This document shows, one piece after another, positions 14,524 through 26,400 of a DNA stretch of 64,000 nt. The DNA lies in contig CP068257.2 in assembly GCA_009914755.4 (NCBI GenBank), forward strand, positions 10,112,001 through 10,176,000. The letters are read 5' to 3'. Source of the DNA: the human T2T-CHM13v2.0 reference genome, Homo sapiens. The stretch's first letter is position 1; every line of letters begins with the position of its first letter. The notes under the pieces were generated by a model. That model saw only the letters and a program-made list of their open reading frames with translations, made no database searches and was not told the DNA's origin. The translations under genes were made by a program, and so were the position numbers.

Positions 14524-14600
14524 TGGTGAAATGTGATGTGAGCTAAGATTGTGCCACTGCACTACACTCTGCGGGACAGAGAGACATCCAATCGAAATTG
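14524..14600 (+). repeat. Alu right-arm fragment embedded in HSat3, variant 1 (diverged copy)
   Basis: gtgagctaagattgtgccactgcactacactctgcgggacagagagacatccaatcgaaat. Confidence 0.75.
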
Positions 14601-16009
14601 AGGAATGCAATGGAATGGAGTAAAGTGGAATGGAATGGAGTGGAGTTGAATAGAATGCAGTGGAATGGAGTGGAGTGGAGTGGAAGGGAGTGGAGTGGAA
14701 TGGAGTGGAATGGAATGGAGTGGAGTGGAATGGAGTGGAATGGAGTGGAATAGAGTGGAATGGAATGGAGTGTAGAGGAAAGAAATGGAGTGGAATGAAA
14801 GGAACGATACAGAATGGAATGGAATGAAGTGTAGTGTAGTGTAGTGTAGTGGAGTTGAGTGGAATGGATCAGAGTGCAGTGGAATTCAATGGAATGGAAT
14901 GGAATGGAGTGGTTTGGAGTGGAGTTGAGTGGAGTAGAGTGGAATAGAGTAGAGAGGAATGGAGAGGAATGGAGTGAAATGGAATGGAGTGGAGTGGAAT
15001 GCAGTAGAATGGAATGGAATGGAATTGAATGGAACAGAATGGAATGGAATGGAAGGGAATGGAGTGGAGTGGAGTGGAGTGGATTGAAGTTGGGTGGAGT
15101 GGATCGGATTGAAGTGGAATGGAATGGAATGGAATGGAGTGGAGTGGAATAAAATGTAATGGAATGGAATGGAATGGGGTGGAGTGGAGTGGAATGGAGT
15201 GGAGTGGATTGAAGTGGAGTGGAGTGGAAAGGAAGGGAGTGGTGTGGAATGGAATGAAATGGAGTGGAGTGGAATGGAATGGAGTGGAATGGAATGGAAT
15301 GGAGAGGAGTGGAATGAAATGGAGTGGAGTGGAACGGAAAGGAGTGGAGTGGAATGGAGTGGAGTGGAGTGGAACGGAATGCAGTGGAAAAGAATGGAAT
15401 GGAGTGGAGTGGAATGGAATGGAGTGGAGTGGAATGGAATGGAGTGGAGTGGAATGGAAAGGAGTGGAGTGGAATGGAGTTGAGTAGAGTGGAGTGGAGT
15501 GGATCGGAGTGCAGTGGAAAGGAATGGAATGGAATGGAATAGAATGGAATGGAATGGAATGGAATATAATGCAGTGGAGTGGAGCGAAGTGGAGTGGAGT
15601 GGAACGAAGTGGATCAGAGTGCAGTGGAATGGAAAGGAATGGAATGGAGTGGAGTGTAGTGTAGTTGAGTGGAGTGGAATGGAATGGAATGGAACGTAAT
15701 GGAATGAAAAGGAATGGAATGGAACAGAGTGGAGTGGAGTGTAGTTGAGGGGAGTGGATTGGAGTGCAGTGAACTGGAATAGAATGGAAGGGAATGGAGT
15801 GGAGTGGAATGGAATTAAATGGAATGAAGTGGATTGGAGAGGAGTGGAGTTTAGTGGAGTGCAGAGGAATGGAATGGAGTGGAGTGGAATGGAAGGGAGT
15901 GGAGTGGAGTGGATCAGAGGCGAGTGGAGTGGAGTGGAATGGAATAAAATGGAGTGTAGTGTAGTGGAGTGGAATGGAATGGAATGGAATGGAATGGAAT
16001 GGAATGAAA

Positions 16010-16090
16010 TGGTGAAATGAAATGTGAGCTAAGATTGTGCCACTGTACTCCAGTATGGGAGACAGAGTGAGATCCAGTCGAAAATAAGGA
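16010..16090 (+). repeat. Alu right-arm fragment embedded in HSat3, variant 1
   Basis: gtgagctaagattgtgccactgtactccagtatgggagacagagtgagatccagtcgaaaat. Confidence 0.85.
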
Positions 16091-17251
16091 ATGGACTGGA
16101 ATGGAGTAAAATGGAATGGAATGAAGTGGAGTGGAATGGAATGGGTTGGAATGGAGTGGATTGGAGTGGAATGGAGTGGAGTGGAGTGGAATGGTGTGGT
16201 GTGGAATGGTGTGGTGTGGAATGGAATGATATGGAATGGAATGAAGGGGAATGGAGTGGAGTGGAGTGTAATGGAGTTTATTGGAATGGAGTGCAGTGCA
16301 ATGGAAAGGAATGGAATGCATTAGAATGGAATGGAGAGGAATGGATTGGAGTGGAATGGAGTGGACTGGAATGGAACGGAATAGGACGGAAGGGAACGGA
16401 ACAGAATGGAACAGAGTTTAGTGGAGAGTAGTGGAATTGAGTGGGGTGGATCAGAGTGCAGTGGAATGGAATGGAATGAAATGGAATGGTATGAAATGAA
16501 GGGGAGAGGAGTGGAGTGGAGTTGAGTGGAATGGGTTTGAGTGGAGTGGATCGCACTGCAGTGGAATGGAAAGGAATGGAATGGAAAGCAGTACAATGGA
16601 CTGGAGTGGAGTGGAGTGGAGGGGATTGGACTGGAATGGACGGGAGTGGAATGCAGTGGAGGGCAATGGAGTGGAATGGAGTGGAATGGAATGGATAGGA
16701 GTGGAATGGAATGGAATGGAATGGAACGGAATGGAATGGAAGGGAAAGGAATAGAATGGATCGGATCGAGTGGAGTGGAATGGAGTGGAGCGGAGTTGCG
16801 TGGAGTGGAACGGAGTACAAGGGAATGGAATGGAATGGAATGGAATGGAATGGAATGGAATGGAATGGAGTGGAGTAGAATGGGATGGAATGGAGTGGAG
16901 TTAAGTGTAGTGGAGTGGAATGGAGTGTAATAAAGTGAAATGGAGTGGCGCTGTGAGGAGTGGAGTGGAATGGAATGGAATGGAATGCAACAAACCCGAA
17001 CGGAACGGAACAAAACGAAATGGAATGGAGTGGAGTGGAGTGCAGTGGAGTTTAGTGGAGTGGAGTGGACTGGAGAGGAGTGGAGTGGAGTGCAGTGGAG
17101 TGGATTGGAATGGAGTGGAATGGAGTAGAGTGGAATGGAATGGAATGGAACGGAACGCAAAGGAATGTAGCGGAATGGAATGGAACAGAATGGAAAGGAG
17201 TGGAGTGGAGCTGAGTGGAGTGGAGTGAAATGGAATGGAATGGAATGGAAT

Positions 17252-17330
17252 GGTGAAATGAAATGTGAGCTAAGAACGTGTCATTGCACTCCTGTCAGGG
17301 TGACAGAGTGAGATCCAGTTGAAATAAAGG
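17252..17330 (+). repeat. Alu right-arm fragment embedded in HSat3, variant 1
   Basis: gtgagctaagaacgtgtcattgcactcctgtcagggtgacagagtgagatccagttgaaat. Confidence 0.8.
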
Positions 17331-18637
17331 AATAGAATGGAATGGAATGGAGTGGACTGGAATGGAATGGAGTGTACTGGAATGGAATGGAGTGGAATGG
17401 AGTGGAGTAGAATGGAGTGGAGTGGAATGGAGTGGAATGGAGTGGAGTGGAACGGAATGGAATGGAGTGGAGTGGAATGGAGTGGAGTGGAACGGAATGG
17501 AATGGAGTGGAACAGAATATAGTGGAATGGAGTGGAATGGAGTGGAATGGAGTGGAGTGGAACGGAATGGAATGGAGTGGAACAGAATGGAGTGGAATGG
17601 AATAGAATAGAGTGGAGTGGAATGGAATGGAATGGAGTGGAACAGAATGGAGTGGAATGGAACAGAACGGAATGAAACAGAACGGAATGAAACGGAATGG
17701 AGTGGAATGGAGTAGAGTGGAGTGTATAGGACTGAAGTGGAATGGAATGGAATGGAGTGGAGTGGAGCGGACTGGAGTGGAGTGGAGTAGAATGGATTGG
17801 AGTGGAGTGGAGTGGTATATAGAGGAAAGGAATGGAGTGGAGTGGAATGGAATGGAAAGGAGAGGAATGGAAAGTTAAGGAGTGGCATGGAATGGAGTGG
17901 AGTGGAGTTGAGTGGAGTGGATCAGATTGCCGCGGAATGGAATGGAATGTAATGGAATGGAATGGAGAGTTATGGAGTGTAGTGGAATGGAGTGGAGTAG
18001 AGTGGAGTAGAGTGGAATGGAGAGGAGTGGAGTGGATTGGAGTGGAGTGGAATGGAGTGGAGTGTAATCGAATACAATGAAATGGAATGGAATGGAATGG
18101 AGTGGAGTGCAGTGGAGTCGAGTGGAATGGAATGTAGTGGAATAAAGTGGAATGCAATGGAATGGAATGGAGTGCAATGGAACGGAATGGAGTTGCATGG
18201 AACGGAATGGAATGCAGAGTAATGGAATGGAGTGGAGTGGGGAAGAGTGGAGTGCAGTGGAATGGAGTTAAATGAAGTGGAATGGAATGGAGTGGAATGG
18301 AGTGGAGTTCAATGGAATGAAAAGGAATGGAATGGAATGGAACGGAATGGGGTGTAATAGAATGGAATGGAATGGAGTGGAGTAGAATGGAGTGAAGTGA
18401 AGTGGACTGAAGTGGAGTGGAGTGGAGGGTAATGGAGGGGAACGGAATGGGATGGAGTTGAATGGATTGGAGTGGAGTGGAGTGGAATGGAGTGAAATGG
18501 AATGGGATGGAGTGGAGTGGGTTGGAGTGGAGTGGAGTGGAATGGAATGGAATGGAATTGAAAGGAATGGAATTGAATGGAATTGAATGGAATGGAACGC
18601 AATAGAATGGAATGAAATGGAATGCAATGGAATGGAA

Positions 18638-18715
18638 TGGTGAAATGAAAAGTGAGCTGAGATTCTGCCACTGCACAGCAGCCTGGGTGACAGAGTGAGA
18701 TAATGTCAAAAGAAA
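18638..18715 (+). repeat. Alu right-arm fragment embedded in HSat3, variant 2 (gagctgag...agcctggg...gtcaaaagaaagg)
   Basis: gtgagctgagattctgccactgcacagcagcctgggtgacagagtgagataatgtcaaaagaaagg. Confidence 0.85.
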
Positions 18716-19049
18716 GGGAAGGAATGGAATGGAGTGGAATGGAATGGAATCTAATGGAATTGAATGGAATGGAATCTAATGGAATTGAATGGAATGGAAT
18801 GGAATGGAAAGAAATGGAATGGAATGGAACGTAGTGTAGTGTAGTGGAGTGGAGTGGAGTGGAATGCAGTGCAGTGGAATGGAGTGTAATGAAATGGGAT
18901 ATAATCTAATAGAATGGAGTGGAGTGGACTGGAATGGTGTGGAAGGACATGGGATGCAATGGAGTGGAGTGGAGTGTAATGAAAGGAATGTAGTGGAGAG
19001 GAGTGGAGTGGAGTGGAATGGAATGAAATGGAATAGAATGGAATGGAAT

Positions 19050-19125
19050 GGTGAAATGAAATGTGAGCTGAGATTGTGCCACTGCACTCCAGCCTGTGTG
19101 ACAGTGAGATCCTGTTGAAAGAAAG
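19050..19125 (+). repeat. Alu right-arm fragment embedded in HSat3, variant 2
   Basis: gtgagctgagattgtgccactgcactccagcctgtgtgacagtgagatcctgttgaaagaaagg. Confidence 0.85.
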
Positions 19126-19404
19126 GTATGGATTAAAATGGAATGGAATTAAATGGAATGGAGTGGATTGGAGTGGAATTTAGCGGAATGCTGTGGAATG
19201 GAATGGGATGGAATGGAATGGAATGGAATGGAGTGGAGTAGAGTGGATTGGAGTGGAGTGGAGTGGAATGGAGTGGAATAGAATGGGATTCAATGGAATG
19301 GAGTGGAGTGGAGTAGAGTGGACTGGAATGGAGTGGAACCGAATGGAATGGAATGGAATGGATTGGAGTGGAATGCAATTGAATGGAATGGAATTGAATG
19401 GAAT

Positions 19405-19485
19405 GGTGAAATGAAATGTGAGCTGAGATACTGCTGCTGCACTCCAGCCTGGGTGACACAGTGAGATCCTGTCAAAAGAAAGGAA
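19405..19485 (+). repeat. Alu right-arm fragment embedded in HSat3, variant 2
   Basis: gtgagctgagatactgctgctgcactccagcctgggtgacacagtgagatcctgtcaaaagaaagg. Confidence 0.85.
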
Positions 19486-19802
19486 TGGAATGGAATGGAG
19501 TTGAATGGAATGGAATAGAGTGGAGTGGAGTGGAGTGGAGAGGAATGGAGTGGAATGTGATGGGATGGATTGGAGTGAAATGGAGTGGAGTGGACTGGAC
19601 TGGACTGGAGTGGATTGGAGTGGAATGGAGTGGAATGTAATGGGATGGTTTGGGATGGAGTGGAGTGGACTGGAGGGGTTTATAGTGGAATGGAGTGGAT
19701 GGAATGGAATGGAGTTGAGTGGAGTGAAGTGGAGTGGAGTGCAGTGGAATGTTATGGAATGGAATGGAATGGAATTGAATGGAATGGAATGCAATGGAAT
19801 GC

Positions 19803-19880
19803 TGAAGTGAAATGTCAGCTGAGATTGCTCCACTGCACTCCAGCCTGGGTGACAGAGTGAGATCCTGTCGAAAGAAAGGA
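19803..19880 (+). repeat. Alu right-arm fragment embedded in HSat3, variant 2
   Basis: gtcagctgagattgctccactgcactccagcctgggtgacagagtgagatcctgtcgaaagaaagg. Confidence 0.85.
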
Positions 19881-20112
19881 ATGGAATGGAATGGAATGGT
19901 GTGGTATGGAATGTAATGGAAGGGAGTGTAGTGTAGTCTACTGTACTGTAGTGGAGTGGAGTGGAGTTGAATTCAATGGGATGGCATGAAAGGGAGTGGA
20001 AGTGAGTGGAGTGGAATGCAGTGTACTGGAATGGAGTGGGATTGATTGGAATGGAGTGGAGTGGAGTGCAGCAGAGTGTAGTGAAATGGAATGGAATGGA
20101 GTGGAATGGAAT

Positions 20113-20190
20113 GTTGAAATGTCATGTGAGCTGAGATTGTGCCACTTCACTCCAGGCTTGTCGACAGGGTGAGATACTGTTAAAAGAAAG
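20113..20190 (+). repeat. Alu right-arm fragment embedded in HSat3, variant 2
   Basis: gtgagctgagattgtgccacttcactccaggcttgtcgacagggtgagatactgttaaaagaaagg. Confidence 0.8.
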
Positions 20191-20415
20191 GAGTGGAATG
20201 GAGTGGAGTTGAATGCAATGGGATGGAATACAATGGAGTGAAGTGGAGTCGAGTGAAGTGGATTGGAGTGGAGTGGAATGGAGAGAACTGGAATCTGATG
20301 GAATGGAATGGAGTGGAGTGGAGTGGAATGGAATGGAATGGAGTGGGGTGGAGTGTAGTGTAGTGGAATGGAGTGGAATGGAATGGGACAGAATGGAATG
20401 CATTGGAGTGGATTG

Positions 20416-23400
20416 GAGCACTTTGAGGCCTATGGTGGAAAAGTAAATATCTTTACATAAAACCTAGACAGAACATTCTGAGAAACTTCTTTGTGATGTG
20501 TGCGTTCTTCTCACAGAGTTGAATCTTTTTATTGAGCAGTTTGGAAACACTCTTTTTGTAGATTTTGCAAGTGGACATTTGGAGTGATTTGAGGCATATT
20601 TTAAAAAAAAATCTTCACATGAAAACTAGATAGAAGCATTCTGACGAACTTCTTTGTGATATGTGCATTCATCTCAAAGAGTTGAACCTTTCTTTTGATT
20701 CAGCAGTTTTGAAACACCCTTTTTGTACTATCAGCAAGTGGACATTTGGCATGCATTGAGGCCTATGATGGAAAAGGAAATATGTTCACAATAACTAGAC
20801 AGAAGCATTCTGACAAATTTCTTTGTGATGTGTGCATTCATCTCACAAGTTTGAACCTTTGATTTGATTGAACAGCTTTGAAACACTGTACAATCTACGT
20901 GTGGAAATTTGGAGTGCTTCGAAGCCTATGGTGGAAAAGGAAGTATCTTCATATAAAAACTATACAGAAACATTCTGACAAACTTCTTTGTGATGTGTGC
21001 ATTCATCTCACAGATTTGAACCTTTCTTTTCATTGAGCAGTTTTGAAACACGTTTTTGTAGAATCTGTAAGTGTATATTTGGAGAGTTTTCAGGCCTACG
21101 GTGGAAAAGGAAATATCTTCACATAAAAACTAGACAGAAGCATTCTGAGAAACTCCTCTGTGATGTGTGCATTCATCTCAAAGAGTTGAAACTTCCTTTT
21201 GATGTACCAGTTTTGAAATACTCTTTTTGTAGAATCTGCAAGTGGACATTTGGAACGCATTGGGGCCTATGGTAGAAAAGGATACATCTTCATTTAAAAT
21301 CTAGACAAAAGCAATCTGAGAAACTTCTTTGTGATGTGCGCATTCATGTCACAGAGTTAAACCTTTCTTTTGATTGAGCAGTTTTGAAACTCTCCTTTGT
21401 AGAATCTGCAAGTGGAGATTAAGAGCCCTTTGAGGCCTATGGTGGAAAACGAAATATCTTCACATAAAAAGTAGACAGAAGATTTCTGAGTAACTTCTTT
21501 GTGAAGCATGCGTTCATCTCACAGAGTTGAACCTTTCTTTTGATTGAGCAGTTTAGAGACACCCTTTTGTAAAATCTCCCAGTGGACATTGGGAGTGCTT
21601 TGCAGCCTACAGCAGAAAAGGAAATATTTTCACATAAAATCTTGAGAGAAGCAATCTTAGAAACTTCTCTGTGATGTGTGCATTCCTCTCACTGAGTGAA
21701 ACCTTTCTTTTGATTGAGCAGTTTTGAAACTCTCTTTTTGTTGAATCTGCAATTGGACATTGGGAGCACTTTGAGGCCTAAGGTGGAAAAGGAAATATCT
21801 TCACATAAAAACTAGACAGAAGTATTCTGAGAAATTTCTTTTTTATGTGTGCATTCATCTGACAGAGTTGAACCTTTGTTTGATTGAGCAGTATGGAAAC
21901 ACTCTTTCTGTAGAATCTGCAAGTGGACATTTGGAGCGATTTGAGGCCCATGGTAGAAAAGGAACTATCTTCACATAAAATCTAGACAGAAGCAATCTGA
22001 GAAACTTCTTTGTGATATGCGCATTTATCTCACAGAGTTAAACCTTTATTTTGATTGAGCAGTTTTAAAACGCTCTTTTTGTAGGATCTGCAAGTGGACA
22101 TTTGGAGCACTTTGAGGCCAATGGTGGAAAAGGAAATATCTTCACATAAAAACAAGATTGAAGTATTCAGAGAAACTTCTTTGTGTTGTGTGCATTCATC
22201 TCCAGGAGTTGAACCTTCCTTTTGATGTACAAGTTTTGAAATACTCTTTTTGTAGAATCTGCAAGTGGACTTTTGGAGGGCCTTGGGGCCTATGGTAGAA
22301 AAGGATATATCTTCACTTAAAATCTAGACAGAAATAATCTAAGAAATTTATTTGTGATGTGTGCATTCATGTCACAGAGTTAAAACTTTTTTTTGATTGA
22401 GCAGTTTTGAAACTCTCTTTTGTAGAACCTGCAAGTGGAGATTAAGAGCTCTTTGTGGCCCATGGTGGAAAACCAAATATCTTCACATAAAAACTAGACA
22501 GAAGACTTCTGAGTAACTTCTTTGTGAAGCATGCGTTCATCTCACAGAGTTGAGACTTTCTTTTGATTGATCAGTTTGGAGACACTCTTTTGTAAAATCT
22601 CCCAGTGGACATTTGGAGCACTTTGCGGCCTACAGTAGAAAAGGAAATATCTTCACATAAAATCTTGACAGAAGCAATCTTAGAAACTTCTCTGTGATGT
22701 GTGCATTCATCTCACTGAGTGATACCATTCTTTTGAGTGAGAGTTTTGAAACTCTCTTTTTGTTGAATTTGCAATTGGACATTGGGAGCACTTTGAGGAC
22801 TAAGGAGGAAAAGGAAATATCTTCACATAAACTCTTGACAGAAGCAATCATATAAACTTCTTTGTGATGTGTGCATTCATCTCACTGAGTGAAACCTTTC
22901 TTTTGATTGAGCAGTTTGGAAACACTCTTTTTGTAGAATCTGCATGTGGACATTTGGAGCGATTTGAGGCCTATGGTACAGAAGGAAATATCTTAACATA
23001 AAATCTAGACAGAAGCAATCTGAGAAACTTCTTTGTGATGTGTGCATTCATCTCACAGTGTTAAACCTTTCTTTTCATTGAGCAGTTTTAAAACTCTCTT
23101 TTTGTAGGATCTGCAAGTGGACATTTGGAGCACTTTGAGGCCTATGATGGAAAAGGAAATATCTTCACTTAAAAAATAAACAGAAGAATTCTGAGAAACT
23201 TCTTTGTGATGTGTGCATTTATCTCACAGAGTTGAACCTTTCTTTTGATAGAGAAGTTTGGAAACACTCTTTCTGTAGAATCTTTAAGTGGACATTTTGT
23301 TCACCTTTTGGCCTGGGTTAGAAAAGGAAATACCTTCACATAAAATCTAGACAGAAGCAATCTGAGAAACTAATTTGTGATGTGTGCATTCATCTCACAG

Positions 23401-26400
23401 TGTTAAATATTTCTTTTCATTGAGGAGTTTTCAGGCTCTCTTTCTGTAGAATATGCAAGTGGAAATTTGAAGCGCTTTGAGGACTATGGTGGAAAACGAA
23501 ATATCTTCACATAAAAACTATATAGAAGAATTCTGAGAAACTTCCCTGTTATGTGTAGGTACATCTCACCGAGTTGAACATTTCCTTTGATTCAGCATTT
23601 TGGAAACAATCTTTTAGTAGATTCTGCAAGTGGACATTTGGAGCGCTTTGCGGCCTATGCCTGAAAAGGTAAGATCCTCACATAAAATCTAGACAGAAGC
23701 AATCTGAGAAACTCCTTTGTGATGTGTGCATTAACCTCAAAGAGTTAAAACTTTCCTTTGATTGAGGAGATTCAAAGCTCTCTTTTTGTAGAGTCTGCAA
23801 GTTTACATTTGGAGCGCTTTGAGGACCATGGTGGAAAAGGAAATATCTTAACATAAAAACTAGGCAGAAGAATTCTGAGAAACTTCTTGGTGATGTGTGC
23901 ATTCATCTCGCAGAGTAGAACCTTTCCTTTGAGCAGTTTGGAAACACTCTTTTTGTAGAGTCTGCTATTGGACATTTGGAGCGCTTTGCAGCCTATGGTA
24001 GTAAAAAAGAAAATCTTCACAAAAAATCTAGACAGAAGCAATCTGATAAACTTCTTTGAGATGTGTGCATTCAACTTACATAATTAAACCTTTTTTTTCT
24101 GATTGTGCATTTTGGAAACTCTCTTTTTGTAGAAGCAGCAAGCAGACATTTGGAGTACTTTGTGGTGTATGGTTGAAAAGGAAATATCTTCACATAAAAA
24201 CAAGACAGAAGAATTCTGAGAAACCACTTTGTGATGTTTGCATTCCTCTCATGGAGTTGAAACTTTCTTTTTATTGAGAAGTATGGAGACACTGTTTTTG
24301 TAGAATCTGTAAGTGGACATTTGGAGGGCTTTGAGGCCCATGGTGGAAAAGGAAATATGTTAAAATAAAAAATAAGCAGAAGAATTCTGAGAAACTTGTT
24401 TGTGTCGTGTCCATTCATCTCACAAAGTTCAACCTTTCCTTTGAATGAGCAGTTTGGAAACACTCTTTTTGTAGAATCTGCAATTGGACATTTGGAGCGC
24501 TTTGCAGCCTATGGTATAAAAGGAAAAATCTTCACATAAAATCTAGACAGAAGCAATCTGAGAAACTTTTTTGAGATGTGTGCATTCATCCCACAGAGTT
24601 AAACCTTTCTTTTGATTGAGCAGTTTTGAAACTCTCTTTTTGTAGAATCTGCAAGTGGCCATTTGGAGTACTTGGAGGCCTATGGTGGAAAAGGAAATAT
24701 CTTCACATAAAAAATAGGCAGAAGAATTCTGAGAAACTTCTCTGTGATGTTTGTGTTCATCCCACAAAGTTGAACCTTTATTTTCTTGAGCAGTATGGAA
24801 ACAGTCTTTTTGTCAAAGCTGCTAGTGGACTTTTGGAGAGCTTTGCAGTTTATTGAATAAAAAGAAATATCTTCACATTAAATCAAGGCAGAAGCAATCT
24901 GAGAAACTACTTTGTGATGTGTGCACTCATCTAACAGAGTTAAAATTGTCTTTTTATTGAGCAATTTTGAAACTCTCTTTTTGAAGAATCAGTAAGTGGA
25001 CGTTTGGAGTGCCTTGAGGCCTATGATGGAAAAGGAAATATCTTCACATAAAAACTAGACAGTAGATTTCTGAGAAACTTCTTTCTGATGTGTGCATTCA
25101 CCTCAAAAATTTAAACATTTCTTTTGATTGGGAGTTTTGAAACTCTCTTTTTGTAGAATCTGCAAATGGACATTTGGAGAGCTTGGACACCTATGGTGGA
25201 AAAGGAAATATCTTCAAATAAAAACTAGGTAGAAGAATCCTGAGAAACTTCTTTGTGATGTGTGCGATTGTTTTTAGGCCTATGGTGGAAAAGGAAATAT
25301 CTTCACATAAAAACTAGACAGTAGATTTCTGAGAAACTTCTTTGTGAAGCTGGCGTTCATCTCACACAGTTGAATCTTTCCTTTGACTTAGCAGTTTGTA
25401 AACACTCTTTTTGTAGGTTCTGCAAGTGTACATTTGGAGCACCTTCCGGCCTACGTTAGAAAAGGAAATATCTTCACATAAAATCTAGACAGAAGCAATC
25501 TGAGAAAATTCTTAGTGGAGTGTTCATTCACCTCAAAGAGTTAAACCTTCTTTTGATTGAGGAGTTTTGAAACTCTCCTTTCATAGAATCTGCAAGTGGA
25601 CATTTGGAGGGCTTTGAGGACCATTGTGGAAAAGGAAATATCTTCACATAAAGACTAGACAGAAGAATTCTGAAAAACTTCTTTGTGATGTGTGCATTCA
25701 TCTCACAGAGTTAAATGTTTCTTTTAATTGAGGAATTTTGAAACTCTCTTTTTGTAGAATCTGAAATTGGATATTTTGAGCGCTTTGAGGCCTATAGTGG
25801 GAAAGGAAATATCTTCACATAAAAACTAGACAGAAGAATTCTGAGAAACTTCTTTGTGATGTGTGAATTCATCTCACAGAGTTGAAACTTCCTTTTGATT
25901 GAGCAGTTTGGAAATATTCTTTTTGTAGAATCTGCAAATGGACATTTTTTGTGCTTTGCAGCCTATGTTATAAGAGAAAATATCTTCACAAAAAATCTAG
26001 ACCGAAGCAATCTGAGAAACTACTTTGTACTGTGTGCATTCGTCTCACAGAGTTAAACCTTTCTTTTGATTGAGCAGTTTGGAAACTCTCTTTTTGTAGA
26101 ATCTGCAAGTGCACATTTGGAGTGCTTTGAAGCCTATGGTGGAAAAGAAACTATACTCACATCAAAACTAGACAGAAGAATTCTGAGAAACTTCGCTTTG
26201 ATGCGTGCGTTCATCTCACCGAGTTGATCCTTTCTTTTGATTCAGCAGTTTGGAAACAGTCTTTTTGTAGAATCTGCATGTGGGCATTTGGAACGCTTTG
26301 CTGCCTATCTTAGAAAAGGAAATATCTTCACATAGAATGTAGACAGAAGCAATCTGAGAAACTTCTTTGTGATGTGTGAATTCATCTCACAGAGTTAAAC

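Larger units (their letters stand above)
12701..20415 (+). repeat. HSat3-type classical satellite: (GGAAT)n with GGAGT/GGAAC variants (ATTCC family), ~7.7 kb
   Basis: Continuous pentameric ggaat/ggagt repeats, including pure (ggaat)n runs at 13380-13425, 14040-14090 and 16830-16870. There are no stop-free coding constraints, and all copies are in the same orientation. Left junction is gtgaagat|cggagtgcagtggaatg at 12700/12701. Right junction is at ~20411-20418 with microhomology ttggag. Confidence 0.93.

Noticed and set aside
12701-20415. Periodic short repeats that might be mistaken for a CRISPR-like array or other prokaryotic repeat system
   Set aside because: The repeats are contiguous 5-bp units with no unique spacers of constant length and no leader or cas genes. 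Flanking sequence is human alpha satellite with L1 and Alu, so this is a eukaryotic classical satellite.
12689-20446. Very long stop-free ORFs on both strands of the HSat3 block (e.g. 17270..18709, minus, 479 aa; 12689..13648, minus, 319 aa; many MEWNGMEWSG... plus-strand ORFs)
   Set aside because: Their translations are pure low-complexity repeats (HSIPFHSTPLHS... / MEWNGVEWSG...) generated by the GGAAT/ATTCC pentamer, which lacks stop codons in several frames. They have no start-context or domain signal, and overlap one another in multiple frames. They are repeat artefacts, not genes.
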